NCBI GenBank assembly: GCA_965660855.1
Contig: CBFIBM010000001.1
Location: forward strand, 352,798-416,797
Origin: an uncultured bacterium
GTDB lineage: Bacteria; Fidelibacterota; Marinisomatia; Marinisomatales; UBA1611
Direction: 5' to 3'
Length of the DNA: 64,000 bases
Shown here: piece after piece, positions 48,972 through 59,096 of the stretch
Numbering within the stretch: position 1 is the first letter of the stretch
How the letters are laid out: each line of letters opens with the position of its first letter
Translations under genes and position numbers: made by a program
Notes under the pieces: generated by a model
The model's database searches: none
The model's input: only the letters and a program-made list of their open reading frames with translations
Told to the model about the DNA's origin: nothing

Positions 48972-50096
48972 ATGGCTCATTCATATACACCTGGATTAAA
49001 AGTACTTAAATCAACTAATGTTAAAAAAGAACGAAGGTTACCTATCAAGGGAAAGGTGAATAAAATAGTAGGTGACCAATTAACACCTGAAGAAATAGTT
49101 GCGACAACAGATTTGCCTGGAAATGTTCAGATTATAAAAGTTGCTAGTCAGTTGAATATTGGCCCGGCAGATATATTTGATATTTTAAAAGTTAAAACAG
49201 GTGATAATGTTGTTAAAGGTGATTTAATAGCTCAAACTCAAGGATTATTCGGTATGTTTAAATCTGAATTATATGCTCCAATTGATGGAACTATCGAATC
49301 TATCTCTGATGTAACAGGTCAATTAATTATGCGTGAGGCGCCTATTCCAGTGGACATAGATGCGTATATTTCTGGTTCAGTAACAGATATCATAAGTGAT
49401 GAAGGTGTTGTTATTAATACACATGCTGCTTTTATTCAGGGAATTTTTGGTATTGGTGGTGAAGCTAGAGGAAATATTAAAATACTAGTAAATAATAGAG
49501 ATGATGAACTAACAGAAAATTTATTAAATGAATCTCACTCTGGTAAAATAATAATCGGTGGAAGCTTTATTAGTTTGAACGCATTTAAAAAAGCAATGAA
49601 ACTGAATATTTCTGGAATTGTTGTTGGCGGATTTAATTATTTTGATCTGGAAGATATTCTAGGTTACAGACTTGGTGTTGCAATTACAGGTTCTGAGGAT
49701 ATACCTACATCTTTAATTGTAACGGAAGGCTATGGTAAAATACAAATGGGGCAACAAACATTTGATTTACTAAAAAACCATGCTAATCAATTCGCCTCTA
49801 TTAATGGAGCAACGCAGATAAGGGCTGGGGTAATAAGACCTGAGATTGTAATTCCTTACGATAAAAATGAAATGTCGGGTGAAGTTTCAACTAGAACAGA
49901 AAAAGGTATTCAGAAGAATAGCTTAGTAAGAGTTATAAGGGCTCCTCACTTTGGATCAATGGGTCGTGTGTTGGATTTACCACCTGAACTTCAGAAAATG
50001 GAGTCTGAAACCATGGTAAGAGTGGCAATAATTGATGTGGATGGCCATAAATATACAATCCCCAGATCGAACCTCGAAATGGTAGAGACAGATTAA
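48972..50096 (+). CDS. Conserved hypothetical protein (barrel-sandwich-hybrid-like N-terminus, KOW-like C-terminus)
   Basis: VKTGDNVVKGDLIA..APIDGTIESI; IQGIFGIGGE; TQIRAGVIRPE; VRVIRAPHFGSMGRV. Confidence 0.7.
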   Translation: MAHSYTPGLKVLKSTNVKKERRLPIKGKVNKIVGDQLTPEEIVATTDLPGNVQIIKVASQLNIGPADIFDILKVKTGDNVVKGDLIAQTQGLFGMFKSELYAPIDGTIESISDVTGQLIMREAPIPVDIDAYISGSVTDIISDEGVVINTHAAFIQGIFGIGGEARGNIKILVNNRDDELTENLLNESHSGKIIIGGSFISLNAFKKAMKLNISGIVVGGFNYFDLEDILGYRLGVAITGSEDIPTSLIVTEGYGKIQMGQQTFDLLKNHANQFASINGATQIRAGVIRPEIVIPYDKNEMSGEVSTRTEKGIQKNSLVRVIRAPHFGSMGRVLDLPPELQKMESETMVRVAIIDVDGHKYTIPRSNLEMVETD

Positions 50097-50159
50097 AACA
50101 AAATTAAACCATTTTATTTTACTTATTACTCACTAAGTTTATCTATTATATATTTTCAT

Positions 50160-50468
50160 ATGAACAGTAAAACTAATTTAAAAAAACAAGACAGATTATT
50201 CATTGAACGTATTGCAAAGAAAATTTTTACCTCAGGATTTACAACTCCCGCCATCTTCTTTCTTGAGATGACAAAACCCTTAGCCTTACTTGGAAGTCAT
50301 TTACTTATTTTTCTTGGACCTGTTATAAACTCAATTATACAATCTGATGCCTATTATAGATCAGTACAGGTATTTGAAGAGCCGGATAATATCGAATTAT
50401 TATTGAAAGAAATTGAACGTTTGGAATCGAACTCTAGAAAAAAAGAAGGAGCAATAAGTGAAGGATAA
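50160..50468 (+). CDS. Small hypothetical protein of the GlmL-like cluster
   Basis: PAIFFLEMTKPL amphipathic core; overlaps next gene. Confidence 0.7.
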   Translation: MNSKTNLKKQDRLFIERIAKKIFTSGFTTPAIFFLEMTKPLALLGSHLLIFLGPVINSIIQSDAYYRSVQVFEEPDNIELLLKEIERLESNSRKKEGAISEG

Positions 50469-51330
50469 AAACTTTTTCATTGGAGCTTCAATTGTCTTTA
50501 TTATTTTTTTCATGCTTCAAACCATAAAACCTGAATTATATATTCATGAAAGAGGTCTTTTGTTATTTTTAATTCTACTCTTTGGAGGTATTCTTCAGTT
50601 TTCAACGAGGCATGCAATTAGGGGCGGAGATATCTTTTTAAGAACAATTCCAGGTGTTAAAGCTGTGGAAGAGGCTGTCGGAAGATCTACAGAAATGGGA
50701 AAACCTGTATTATATGTTCCTGGTATTCAAGATATGGACCAAGTTGAAACTGTAGCTGGTGTTGTTATCCTTGGACATGTATCAAAAATGACCGCTCGTT
50801 ATGAAACACCACTTAATGTTCCAGTAGCAAGATCCATAGTATTAAAAGCCGCACAAGAAGCATGCAAAGAATCATATTTAATCGAAGGACGCTCAGATAT
50901 TTATAATGAAAACATGGTGCATTATTTAACAGATGATCAGTTTGCATATGCTGCAGGTGTTAATGGTATAATGAAAAGAGAAAAACCTGCTGCTTGTCTT
51001 TATATGGGTAAGTTTTATGCTGAATCTTTATTATTAGCTGAAACCGGTAATTCTATAGGTGCAATTCAAATTGCAGGAACTGCTTCGCAAACTCAAATCC
51101 CATTTTTTGTGACAGCTTGTGACTATACCCTCATTGGCGAAGAATTTTTTGCAGCAAGTGCATATTTATCGAAAAAGCCGGAGCTATTAGGTATCGTAAA
51201 AGGTCAAGACTATATAAAATTAGTAATTCTGGGAATGATAACTGCTGGAACTTTTTTAAGAATAATTTTTGATTTAGATATTATTGATTTTAATGTTCTT
51301 GATTTTTTAACCATTTCAACAGGTAGTTAG
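50458..51330 (+). CDS. DUF6754-like membrane protein
   Basis: GTG start after GGAG; LRTIPGVKAVEEAVGRSTEMGKP; QIPFFVTACDYTLIGEEFFAASAYLS. Confidence 0.75.
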   Translation: MKDKNFFIGASIVFIIFFMLQTIKPELYIHERGLLLFLILLFGGILQFSTRHAIRGGDIFLRTIPGVKAVEEAVGRSTEMGKPVLYVPGIQDMDQVETVAGVVILGHVSKMTARYETPLNVPVARSIVLKAAQEACKESYLIEGRSDIYNENMVHYLTDDQFAYAAGVNGIMKREKPAACLYMGKFYAESLLLAETGNSIGAIQIAGTASQTQIPFFVTACDYTLIGEEFFAASAYLSKKPELLGIVKGQDYIKLVILGMITAGTFLRIIFDLDIIDFNVLDFLTISTGS

Positions 51331-51333
51331 AAT

Positions 51334-52152
51334 ATGATTTGGAAAAGACAGGTACCTATATTTATTGTAGTATTTTTTGGTCTTCTGACTTTATTTGGTT
51401 GGTTTACTGACCAAAATCAAATAAAAGATTTCGTAGATATACACGGTCTACAATGGTATGGGATTATATCTACATTTGCGATGTTTTTAGGTATAATAAC
51501 CTTAATTAAACTTCAATTGATCAAGATATTAAAAAAACAGATAGGATGGCAATATTCTATTGCAGCTATAGCAGGAGTATTATTTTCAGTTTTTGCAGGA
51601 TTTTTCTATAAAGGTAATGATACCGTTCAATGGGGTGCTCATGTTATAGAAAAAGGTACTCTATTTAAATGGATCTTTGATTTTGTTTTTACTCCTTTAT
51701 CAGCCACTATGTTTGCTTTATTAGCATTTTTTGTTGCTTCGGCATCTTATAGAGCTTTTAGAATTAGGAATTTTGAAGCAACTCTATTGCTCATATCCGG
51801 TATGATAATTATGATTGGAAGAGTGCCCTTAGGTAGCTCAATATCTAGTTGGTTTATTATGTATCTTTTGGTATTCATTTTAGGAATTACAATAAATACA
51901 ATTTTTAAAAATAAGATTTACACTCTAATTTCATTTTCTATAGGTCTTATTTTTGTAACTTTGTTAGGAATGTATATGGAATGGCCTCATCAAAGTCCAA
52001 GTATTTTTTACTTACCCACTTTACAAGAATGGATTTATAAGTATCCGAATGTTGCTGGTGCTAGATCTATATCTATAGGAATAGGTTTGGGTATTTTCGC
52101 AACATCCATAAGATATATTCTTGGGTTAGAAAAATCATATATTGGTGAATAA
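51334..52152 (+). CDS. Polytopic membrane protein of the GlmL-like cluster
   Basis: PLSATMFALLAFFVASASYRAFR; many TMs. Confidence 0.75.
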   Translation: MIWKRQVPIFIVVFFGLLTLFGWFTDQNQIKDFVDIHGLQWYGIISTFAMFLGIITLIKLQLIKILKKQIGWQYSIAAIAGVLFSVFAGFFYKGNDTVQWGAHVIEKGTLFKWIFDFVFTPLSATMFALLAFFVASASYRAFRIRNFEATLLLISGMIIMIGRVPLGSSISSWFIMYLLVFILGITINTIFKNKIYTLISFSIGLIFVTLLGMYMEWPHQSPSIFYLPTLQEWIYKYPNVAGARSISIGIGLGIFATSIRYILGLEKSYIGE

Positions 52153-52154
52153 TA

Positions 52155-52997
52155 ATGAATAAATTTTTTGATATAGTTTTAAAACTTTCCCATGTTGATA
52201 GAAGATGGATTTTTCTCATTATTGGTTTATCTGTTTTATTACCTTTATTTTTTCCAATTGGTCTTCCAATACGGGCTACGGACACCACTCAGAGAGTTTA
52301 TGATACTTTTGAATCTTTAGAACCTAACTCTAGAGTATTATTATCTTGTGAATATGGTCCAAGTACTAAACCTGAGATACACCCGATGGTTATAGCAGTA
52401 CTTCATCAATTATTTAAAAATGATCATAAGGTCTATGTTACATGTTTATGGCCAGACGGACAATTTTTAGCTTCTGAAGCATTAAGGGAAGTAGCTGGGG
52501 AGTATAGTAAAGTATATGGTGAAGACTATGTAATATTAGGTTACAGACCTGGAAGTGAAGCCGTGATTAAAGGTTTGGTCAGAGATTTAAGAGCTATTTT
52601 TAGTACAGATGTCAAAGGGACAAAAGTTGAAGAAATATCAATGATGAATGATATTTATAAATTTGAAGACTTTGATTTTCTTTTTTCAGCTTCAGCTGGC
52701 TTTCCTGGTTCTTTAGAATGGATGCAGTACGCTACAGACAATACTGATGTTAAAATGAGTACTGGTACAACATCTATAATGGTTAATGATATCATGCCAT
52801 TTGTAGTATCTGATCAAATACAAGGTATTCTTGCAGGAATGCCTGGAGCAGCTGAATATGAAAAACTAGTAGGGAAACCAGGTATTGGAACAAGTGGCAT
52901 GGACGCACAATCCCTTGCTCATTTAGTTATTGTATTTTTTATAATATTCGGAAATATCGGATATTTCATAGAGAGGAAAAGAAAGAGAAAATATTAA
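52155..52997 (+). CDS. Membrane-anchored hypothetical protein of the GlmL-like cluster
   Basis: N- and C-terminal TMs around a soluble alpha/beta domain; YGEDYVILGY; GMPGAAEYE; MDAQSLAHL. Confidence 0.75.
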   Translation: MNKFFDIVLKLSHVDRRWIFLIIGLSVLLPLFFPIGLPIRATDTTQRVYDTFESLEPNSRVLLSCEYGPSTKPEIHPMVIAVLHQLFKNDHKVYVTCLWPDGQFLASEALREVAGEYSKVYGEDYVILGYRPGSEAVIKGLVRDLRAIFSTDVKGTKVEEISMMNDIYKFEDFDFLFSASAGFPGSLEWMQYATDNTDVKMSTGTTSIMVNDIMPFVVSDQIQGILAGMPGAAEYEKLVGKPGIGTSGMDAQSLAHLVIVFFIIFGNIGYFIERKRKRKY

Positions 52998-53006
52998 GGT
53001 TTATGT

Positions 53007-53840
53007 ATGATATTTAATGAAGTTTTAGGAGCTTGGGTAGCTGTTTTTTTAACATTAGCTATTTTTTCATTCCTTTATAAAGATAACCCTTTCTATAAAT
53101 TTGCTGAGCACGTGTTTATTGGAATTTCAGCAGGTTATGGCTTATCTATTGGATTTTGGACTATAATTCAACCAAACCTTTTAGGTCGACTATGGCCAGC
53201 TAAAGAATATTCAGAATTAAGTTTTTGGTACAATATTTATGATCTATTAAGTTTTCTTTTTCCATCTGTATATCCAATTGGGGGAATTGATAAAGGTCAT
53301 AGTATGGATTTAACATATTTAATTCCTTTAATTTTAGGGATGATGATGATATTGAGTATTTTTAAGCAATTTAATTGGATGGCAAGATGGGGAATCGCGT
53401 ATACAGTTGCTATTGCAGCTGGGTTAAGGGCTTATGGATTTTTAAACTCATATATATTGAATCAGATTAAAGGTACTATTGTTCCCTTAGCTAATACAGG
53501 GAACCCAATTTTTCATATTTCAGAGCCATCCTTATTTAATAATCTCATAATCTTAATAGGAACAATCACTGGGTTATTATACTTCTTTTTTTCAAAAGAA
53601 CAGACCGGTACTTTTGGAAAAGTAACAAGGATAGGAATTTACTTTTTAATGATTTCTTTTGGTGCTTCTTTTGGATTCGCTGTAATGGGACGCATATCGC
53701 TTCTTATTGGTCGTTTTGTAGACTTAATATCATATTCTAAAGCTGAATATCATCATGCAACCGTTTGGGTTTTGATTGTAATGTTAATAGTACTCTCATA
53801 TTCAGCATTCCTAGAAAATAAAAAAGAAAAAAATATTTAA
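53007..53840 (+). CDS. Polytopic membrane protein of the GlmL-like cluster
   Basis: SFLYKDNPFYKFAEHVFIGISAGY; FGASFGFAVMGRISLLIGR. Confidence 0.75.
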   Translation: MIFNEVLGAWVAVFLTLAIFSFLYKDNPFYKFAEHVFIGISAGYGLSIGFWTIIQPNLLGRLWPAKEYSELSFWYNIYDLLSFLFPSVYPIGGIDKGHSMDLTYLIPLILGMMMILSIFKQFNWMARWGIAYTVAIAAGLRAYGFLNSYILNQIKGTIVPLANTGNPIFHISEPSLFNNLIILIGTITGLLYFFFSKEQTGTFGKVTRIGIYFLMISFGASFGFAVMGRISLLIGRFVDLISYSKAEYHHATVWVLIVMLIVLSYSAFLENKKEKNI

Positions 53841-53865
53841 AGCATAATTTATTGTTTTGTATTTT

Positions 53866-53896
53866 AAAGTCGGTTTTTTCCCGACCTTTTTATTTT
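53866..53896 (+). terminator. Probable intrinsic terminator of the GlmL-like operon
   Basis: GTCGG/CCGAC stem followed by CTTTTTATTTT. Confidence 0.5.
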
Positions 53897-53917
53897 ACAA
53901 CTTCAGAGGTAGTATTT

Positions 53918-56083
53918 ATGAAATTTTCAAGAAAAATAATATACCCCTTTATTATTTCAATATCATATTCGATTGTTCCTCCACAATTTGGTCAGTTCTC
54001 AACTGATTTATTAAATAGGTTTAATGAACAGGAAATAGGTAAGGAATATGGAAATCCAGGTTGGGTAAAAAAAATTAAATCATATAAAAAAAATAGAATT
54101 AGAAATACACAACTTGAGTTTAACATACCGGTTTTATTAGGAAAATATTCTGATGTATCCGATACATATTTTACTTCAACCGATTTTCAAAATTTATTAT
54201 TTGATCAAAACTCTTCGGGTTCAATGCAAGACTACTACACGGAAATTTCATATGGTAATTTTATTCTTGATGGACAAACATCTGGTTGGTATCAATCTAA
54301 TTTTTCACAATCTCAAGCTGTTAATCAAGTGAAAGGATATGTCTCTAATGTGGCTGCTTTAGCTGATCCTGATTTTAATTATGGATTATATGATAATGAT
54401 GGACCAGATAATATTCCGAATTCTGGTGATGATGATGGTTATGTTGATGGTATTGTAGTAATCTATCCAGGTTGCTTAGATGGTGATAATAATATTTGGG
54501 CACATCAAAGTTCATTAGGAAGTAACTTTCAATATATTACAAATGATCTAACTCCAGATGGACAGAATATAATTATCGATACCTACATGGTGTGTCCTGA
54601 GCTATCTGCAGGTGGAAATCAATCTTGTAATACTGATTTAATATTTCAAATGGGTACCTTTGCACATGAATTTGGTCATGTATTGGGACTTCCAGATCTC
54701 TATGATAGAGATGAAAGTAACGGAAATTCAGAAGGTGTAGGGGAATGGTGTCTTATGGCATCGGCAAATTGGCTTGGGTCTAATGGAGATACACCTGGAC
54801 ACATGTCGGCATGGTGTAAAATTGAACTAGGATGGATGGAGCCAATAATTGTGAGTAGTTTTGAAAACGATATATCTTTAAAACAACTAGCGACAAACCC
54901 TGATGCTATTAAAGTTTGGGAAGATGATTATAGAGCTAGCCGATATTTTTTAATAGAGAATAGACAAAAAGTTGGTTTTGATTCAGATATTAATGGATCA
55001 GGTTTGTTAATCTACCATGTAAATGAAAATAGGGGATGGGGAAGTAATGCTTGGAGTTTTGGACCAATTAATGATGACGAGAATAACAAATTTATTGATG
55101 TAGAGTCTGCAGATGGTTACCTTGATTTGGATAATGAAATAAATAGAGGAGACAATGGAGATCCTTTTCCAGGTACTTCAAATAATTTTTCTTTCGATAA
55201 CAATTCTAACCCTTCATCGAAGAGAAACGATGGATATCCAACGGATATTATGGTAAATAATATCAGTGATTCTGATTCAATAATGTATATGGATATTAAT
55301 CCAATGTTAAATACAGGCTATTCTATATTTTATGATGAAAATGGTATCGCATCCACCTCTATAAGTATAGGAACAGAATCACAATGGTCTGGTGTAGTTT
55401 TTACAGCGGAGAGAGCTGGTTTTTTGACTGAAATAGATTTTGGAGTGACATATCCAGGGTTTTGGAATTCAAGCAATTTATCTTGGGAAGTATTTGTATA
55501 TGATGGTTTCTTTGAATCTGAGCCATCCAATCTTGTGTACTCAACATCAGGTACAACAGTTAAAGGTGGTTGGCACACGATTAGTGTTGATTCCGTTGAA
55601 ATCTCAGCAAACCAAGAATTTTTTATTACAGTCAAATTTAATGATAATGGTTATGTCTACAGCTTTGATAACACAGGAGAATTTTCATACAGATCTTATT
55701 ATTCCGCTGATGGGAGTACTTTTTATAATGAATTATCAAATTATGGTGATGCAAATATTAGAGCAAAATTATCGACTGAGGTTTTTAACAATCTAAATAA
55801 TAATAAAATATCTCAACCCGAATTTTTTGAAATTTATCCTAATTTTCCAAATCCCTTTAATCCTATGACCTCTATCCCTATTTCAATAAATAAAGATACA
55901 AAAATTACATTAGATATTTTTGATATTAATGGAAGATTAGTTGAAAAAATATTAGATAATACATTAAGTGCTGGTAAACATAAAATTACTTGGGATGGAA
56001 GTGATGTTTCATCAGGTGTGTATTTTGCTGTATTTTCGTCTAAGGATTTTAAGAAAAGTCAAAAAATGATTTTACTAAAGTAA
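53918..56083 (+). CDS. M6 (immune inhibitor A-like) metalloprotease with C-terminal sorting domain
   Basis: GSMQDYYTEISYG, DGYVD, HEFGHVLGLPDLY, WCLMASANW, YFLIENRQ, NFPNPFNP; ATG 53918 follows GAGGT. Confidence 0.9.
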   Translation: MKFSRKIIYPFIISISYSIVPPQFGQFSTDLLNRFNEQEIGKEYGNPGWVKKIKSYKKNRIRNTQLEFNIPVLLGKYSDVSDTYFTSTDFQNLLFDQNSSGSMQDYYTEISYGNFILDGQTSGWYQSNFSQSQAVNQVKGYVSNVAALADPDFNYGLYDNDGPDNIPNSGDDDGYVDGIVVIYPGCLDGDNNIWAHQSSLGSNFQYITNDLTPDGQNIIIDTYMVCPELSAGGNQSCNTDLIFQMGTFAHEFGHVLGLPDLYDRDESNGNSEGVGEWCLMASANWLGSNGDTPGHMSAWCKIELGWMEPIIVSSFENDISLKQLATNPDAIKVWEDDYRASRYFLIENRQKVGFDSDINGSGLLIYHVNENRGWGSNAWSFGPINDDENNKFIDVESADGYLDLDNEINRGDNGDPFPGTSNNFSFDNNSNPSSKRNDGYPTDIMVNNISDSDSIMYMDINPMLNTGYSIFYDENGIASTSISIGTESQWSGVVFTAERAGFLTEIDFGVTYPGFWNSSNLSWEVFVYDGFFESEPSNLVYSTSGTTVKGGWHTISVDSVEISANQEFFITVKFNDNGYVYSFDNTGEFSYRSYYSADGSTFYNELSNYGDANIRAKLSTEVFNNLNNNKISQPEFFEIYPNFPNPFNPMTSIPISINKDTKITLDIFDINGRLVEKILDNTLSAGKHKITWDGSDVSSGVYFAVFSSKDFKKSQKMILLK

Positions 56084-56089
56084 TTATTT

Positions 56090-56560
56090 TTGAAAATTTC
56101 TTTAAAGATTTTTTTACTTATTCTAATATCTCTAAGTTGTAACAATCTTAGTCTGATGATAAATAATCAGATAAAAGGTGAAAAGCAATTTTACATAGGA
56201 CGTTCTAGTACAAACACTTTTCAAAAAAAAATAACTGAGGTATTTCGAGAAAATTTATATACTGTAGATGAATACAATAATACAAATACTGATTCTAAAA
56301 TTATTTCAAAATGGAAAATTAATTATTTAGAGGATAATGATTCTATTTCTGTTGAATATAAAACTCGTTTTATAATCACCGGTTTGATAGACAATTCTAC
56401 TTATTCAAAAAATAATTCTTTTCAATATGAGTGCTATTTGCAGGCAGAAAATTATGTTTACTTGGATGGATCATATGTTCAAGAATATGATTCAAAATTT
56501 ATTCATAATGAAATTCATATGATTAAAAGTGCATTACGAAATCAATTCCTAAAAAAATGA
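56090..56560 (+). CDS. Hypothetical lipoprotein
   Basis: SLSC lipobox. Confidence 0.6.
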   Translation: MKISLKIFLLILISLSCNNLSLMINNQIKGEKQFYIGRSSTNTFQKKITEVFRENLYTVDEYNNTNTDSKIISKWKINYLEDNDSISVEYKTRFIITGLIDNSTYSKNNSFQYECYLQAENYVYLDGSYVQEYDSKFIHNEIHMIKSALRNQFLKK

Positions 56561-56576
56561 AATATAAAACTTATTT

Positions 56577-58697
56577 TTGAAATTAAAATTAAAAAATAAT
56601 ATATTGCTAATAAGCATATTATCCTGTTCAAATTTTGAGAAAGAATATGTAAAAATGAATTATCCAGAAACAAAAAAAGATGAGGTATTAGAAGTAATTT
56701 TTGGAAAAAAAATTCCTGACCCTTATAGATGGTTGGAGGATGAAACTTCATATGAAACCAAAAAGTGGGTGGTTCAACAAAATAATTATACTGATAATTA
56801 TCTAAGCAGAATTCCTTTCTTAAAAAAAATTGAGGATAGATTAAAAAATATATGGAACTATCCCAGTGAATCTATTCCAATAGCGAAAGATGATAACTTA
56901 TATTATTTTTATAATGATGGCTTGAAAAATCAATCCATTTTAAGATTAAAATCCAAAGACACTTCCAAAGATATGACTATAATTGATCCAAACCTACTTT
57001 CAAGTGATGGAAGTAAGTCTATCGGTGGGCTTTATTTTTCAAATGATCATAAATATCTTGGCTATACTATCAATAAATCTGGATCCGATTGGCAGGTAAT
57101 AAATGTAATGCGATTAGAAGATCAATCATTAGTTAAAGATACTCTTAAACGTGTTAAGTTTAGTGGAATTGAGTGGTTTAAAAGGGGTTTTTTCTATAAA
57201 AGATATCCAGAAGCAGAAACAAATAAGATCTTATCTAAAAAAATATCTAATTCTAAGATATATTATCATAATTTAGGTGATAAACAGGAAAATGATATTC
57301 TTGTCAAAACTCCATTTACATCTGAATATATCTCACCATATGTATCAGTATCCGAAGATGAGAAAGTTATATTTTTATATGGTTATAGGGGGACATACGG
57401 GAATTCCCTTTATTATAAAAAATCTAATTCTAATGAGAATAATTGGATTTCTTTAGTTAAGGATTATAATTCTGATATTCAAATTGTAAGAAAAATAAAA
57501 GACCATATATATGTATTAACGGATAGAAATTCACAATACAAGAAATTAGTCAAAATTTATTTGGATAAACCAGGTGAAGAAGATTGGGTTACATTAATTG
57601 AAGGTAAAGAAAATGAAGTATTAAAAGAAATAAAAATTACAGGAAATAAAATTTTTGCTCATTTCTATAAAGATGTATTGTCCTGCTGGAAAATTTTCAA
57701 CTTAAGAGGAAAGATATTAGAAGAACTAGAATTACCCGGAAAAGGAATTGTTAACGGATTTGATGGGGATTTATCTTCAAAGATAACTTATTATAGTTTT
57801 AATAATCTAATTACACCATACACTATATATAAATATGATATTATCAATAATAAATCTGAAATTTATAAAACTTCAAAGATAAAATTTGATAGTAAAAAGT
57901 ATATTTTAAAACAAGAATTTTATACTTCAAAGGATGGCACTAAGGTTCCTATTTTTATTTGTCATAGGAAAGGACTGCTAATGGATGGTAAAAGACCCAC
58001 ATTGTTATACGGGTATGGTGGATTTAATATTTCTATCGAGCCATACTTTAATAAATCAAATGCAGTTCTCTTGGAAAATGATGGCGTTTACGCAATAGCA
58101 AATATTAGGGGAGGGGGTGAATATGGACAAAAATGGCACTCAGATGGAATGTTAGAAAAAAAGCAAAATGTTTTCGATGATTTCATCTTTGCTGCAAAAT
58201 ATTTGATAAAAAAAGGTATTACCTCTGAAAATTTTTTGGGAATTCAGGGTCAGTCTAATGGTGGGTTACTAATAGGTGCAGTATTAAATCAAAGACCAGA
58301 ACTTTTTAAGGTTGCATTTCCTGAAGTAGGTGTTATGGATATGATTCGATATGAGAAATTTACTATTGGACACGCTTGGAATGTTGAATACGGGTCAGTA
58401 AAAGATAAGAATCATTTTGAATATATCTATAAATACTCTCCTTTACATAATATCGATTCTGGAATTAATTACCCTTCCATGTTAATTTATACTGCTGATC
58501 ATGACGATAGGGTTGTCCCAGCACATTCATTTAAATATGCAGCATCAATACAATCTTTAAAGGGTCAAAAAAATCCTGCGCTGATAAGAATTGGAGTGAA
58601 TGTTGGTCACGGTTTTGGAAAACCTGTAAAGAAAATAATTAAAGAAAATGCCGAAAAATGGGCTTACTTTTTCTATGAAATGGGTGTATCATATTGA
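56577..58697 (+). CDS. Prolyl oligopeptidase (S9A)
   Basis: DPYRWLED, YGYGGF, GQSNGGLL, DHDDRV, GHG. Confidence 0.95.
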   Translation: MKLKLKNNILLISILSCSNFEKEYVKMNYPETKKDEVLEVIFGKKIPDPYRWLEDETSYETKKWVVQQNNYTDNYLSRIPFLKKIEDRLKNIWNYPSESIPIAKDDNLYYFYNDGLKNQSILRLKSKDTSKDMTIIDPNLLSSDGSKSIGGLYFSNDHKYLGYTINKSGSDWQVINVMRLEDQSLVKDTLKRVKFSGIEWFKRGFFYKRYPEAETNKILSKKISNSKIYYHNLGDKQENDILVKTPFTSEYISPYVSVSEDEKVIFLYGYRGTYGNSLYYKKSNSNENNWISLVKDYNSDIQIVRKIKDHIYVLTDRNSQYKKLVKIYLDKPGEEDWVTLIEGKENEVLKEIKITGNKIFAHFYKDVLSCWKIFNLRGKILEELELPGKGIVNGFDGDLSSKITYYSFNNLITPYTIYKYDIINNKSEIYKTSKIKFDSKKYILKQEFYTSKDGTKVPIFICHRKGLLMDGKRPTLLYGYGGFNISIEPYFNKSNAVLLENDGVYAIANIRGGGEYGQKWHSDGMLEKKQNVFDDFIFAAKYLIKKGITSENFLGIQGQSNGGLLIGAVLNQRPELFKVAFPEVGVMDMIRYEKFTIGHAWNVEYGSVKDKNHFEYIYKYSPLHNIDSGINYPSMLIYTADHDDRVVPAHSFKYAASIQSLKGQKNPALIRIGVNVGHGFGKPVKKIIKENAEKWAYFFYEMGVSY

Positions 58698-58699
58698 AC

Positions 58700-59077
58700 T
58701 TAATCAAGTACTGTGTTTAAATCATCTCTTATTAATATTAAAATAGAAGATTGAGAAATAATCAAATAGTTTTTTTCTTCTAATTTTATGTCTATACTTG
58801 CCTTTCCTAAAAATAGAGCATAATCACCAATTTCAGCTTGGGTAGGTATATAATTTGTTTTAGATTTTTTATCTTTCCATGGTTCATCAATAATGTCTTC
58901 TGTACTACCTAAAGGAATACCTGGTCCAACTTTAACAACAACCCCACTTCGAACTTCTTGTTTTTCCAATACACTTGGCGGTAAATACAAACCTGCTGTA
59001 GATTTACTCTCTCCTGTATCGGGTTTAATCAATATCCTATCACCAACAATGATAATTTTTTTATTAAAACTTTTCAT
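58700..59077 (-). CDS. Stand-alone GroES-family co-chaperonin
   Basis: VGDRILIKP..TAGLYLP..GVVVKVGPG; no groEL adjacent. Confidence 0.85.
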   Translation of the reverse strand: MKSFNKKIIIVGDRILIKPDTGESKSTAGLYLPPSVLEKQEVRSGVVVKVGPGIPLGSTEDIIDEPWKDKKSKTNYIPTQAEIGDYALFLGKASIDIKLEEKNYLIISQSSILILIRDDLNTVLD

Positions 59078-59096
59078 TCCAGGAAGTAAAATAATT

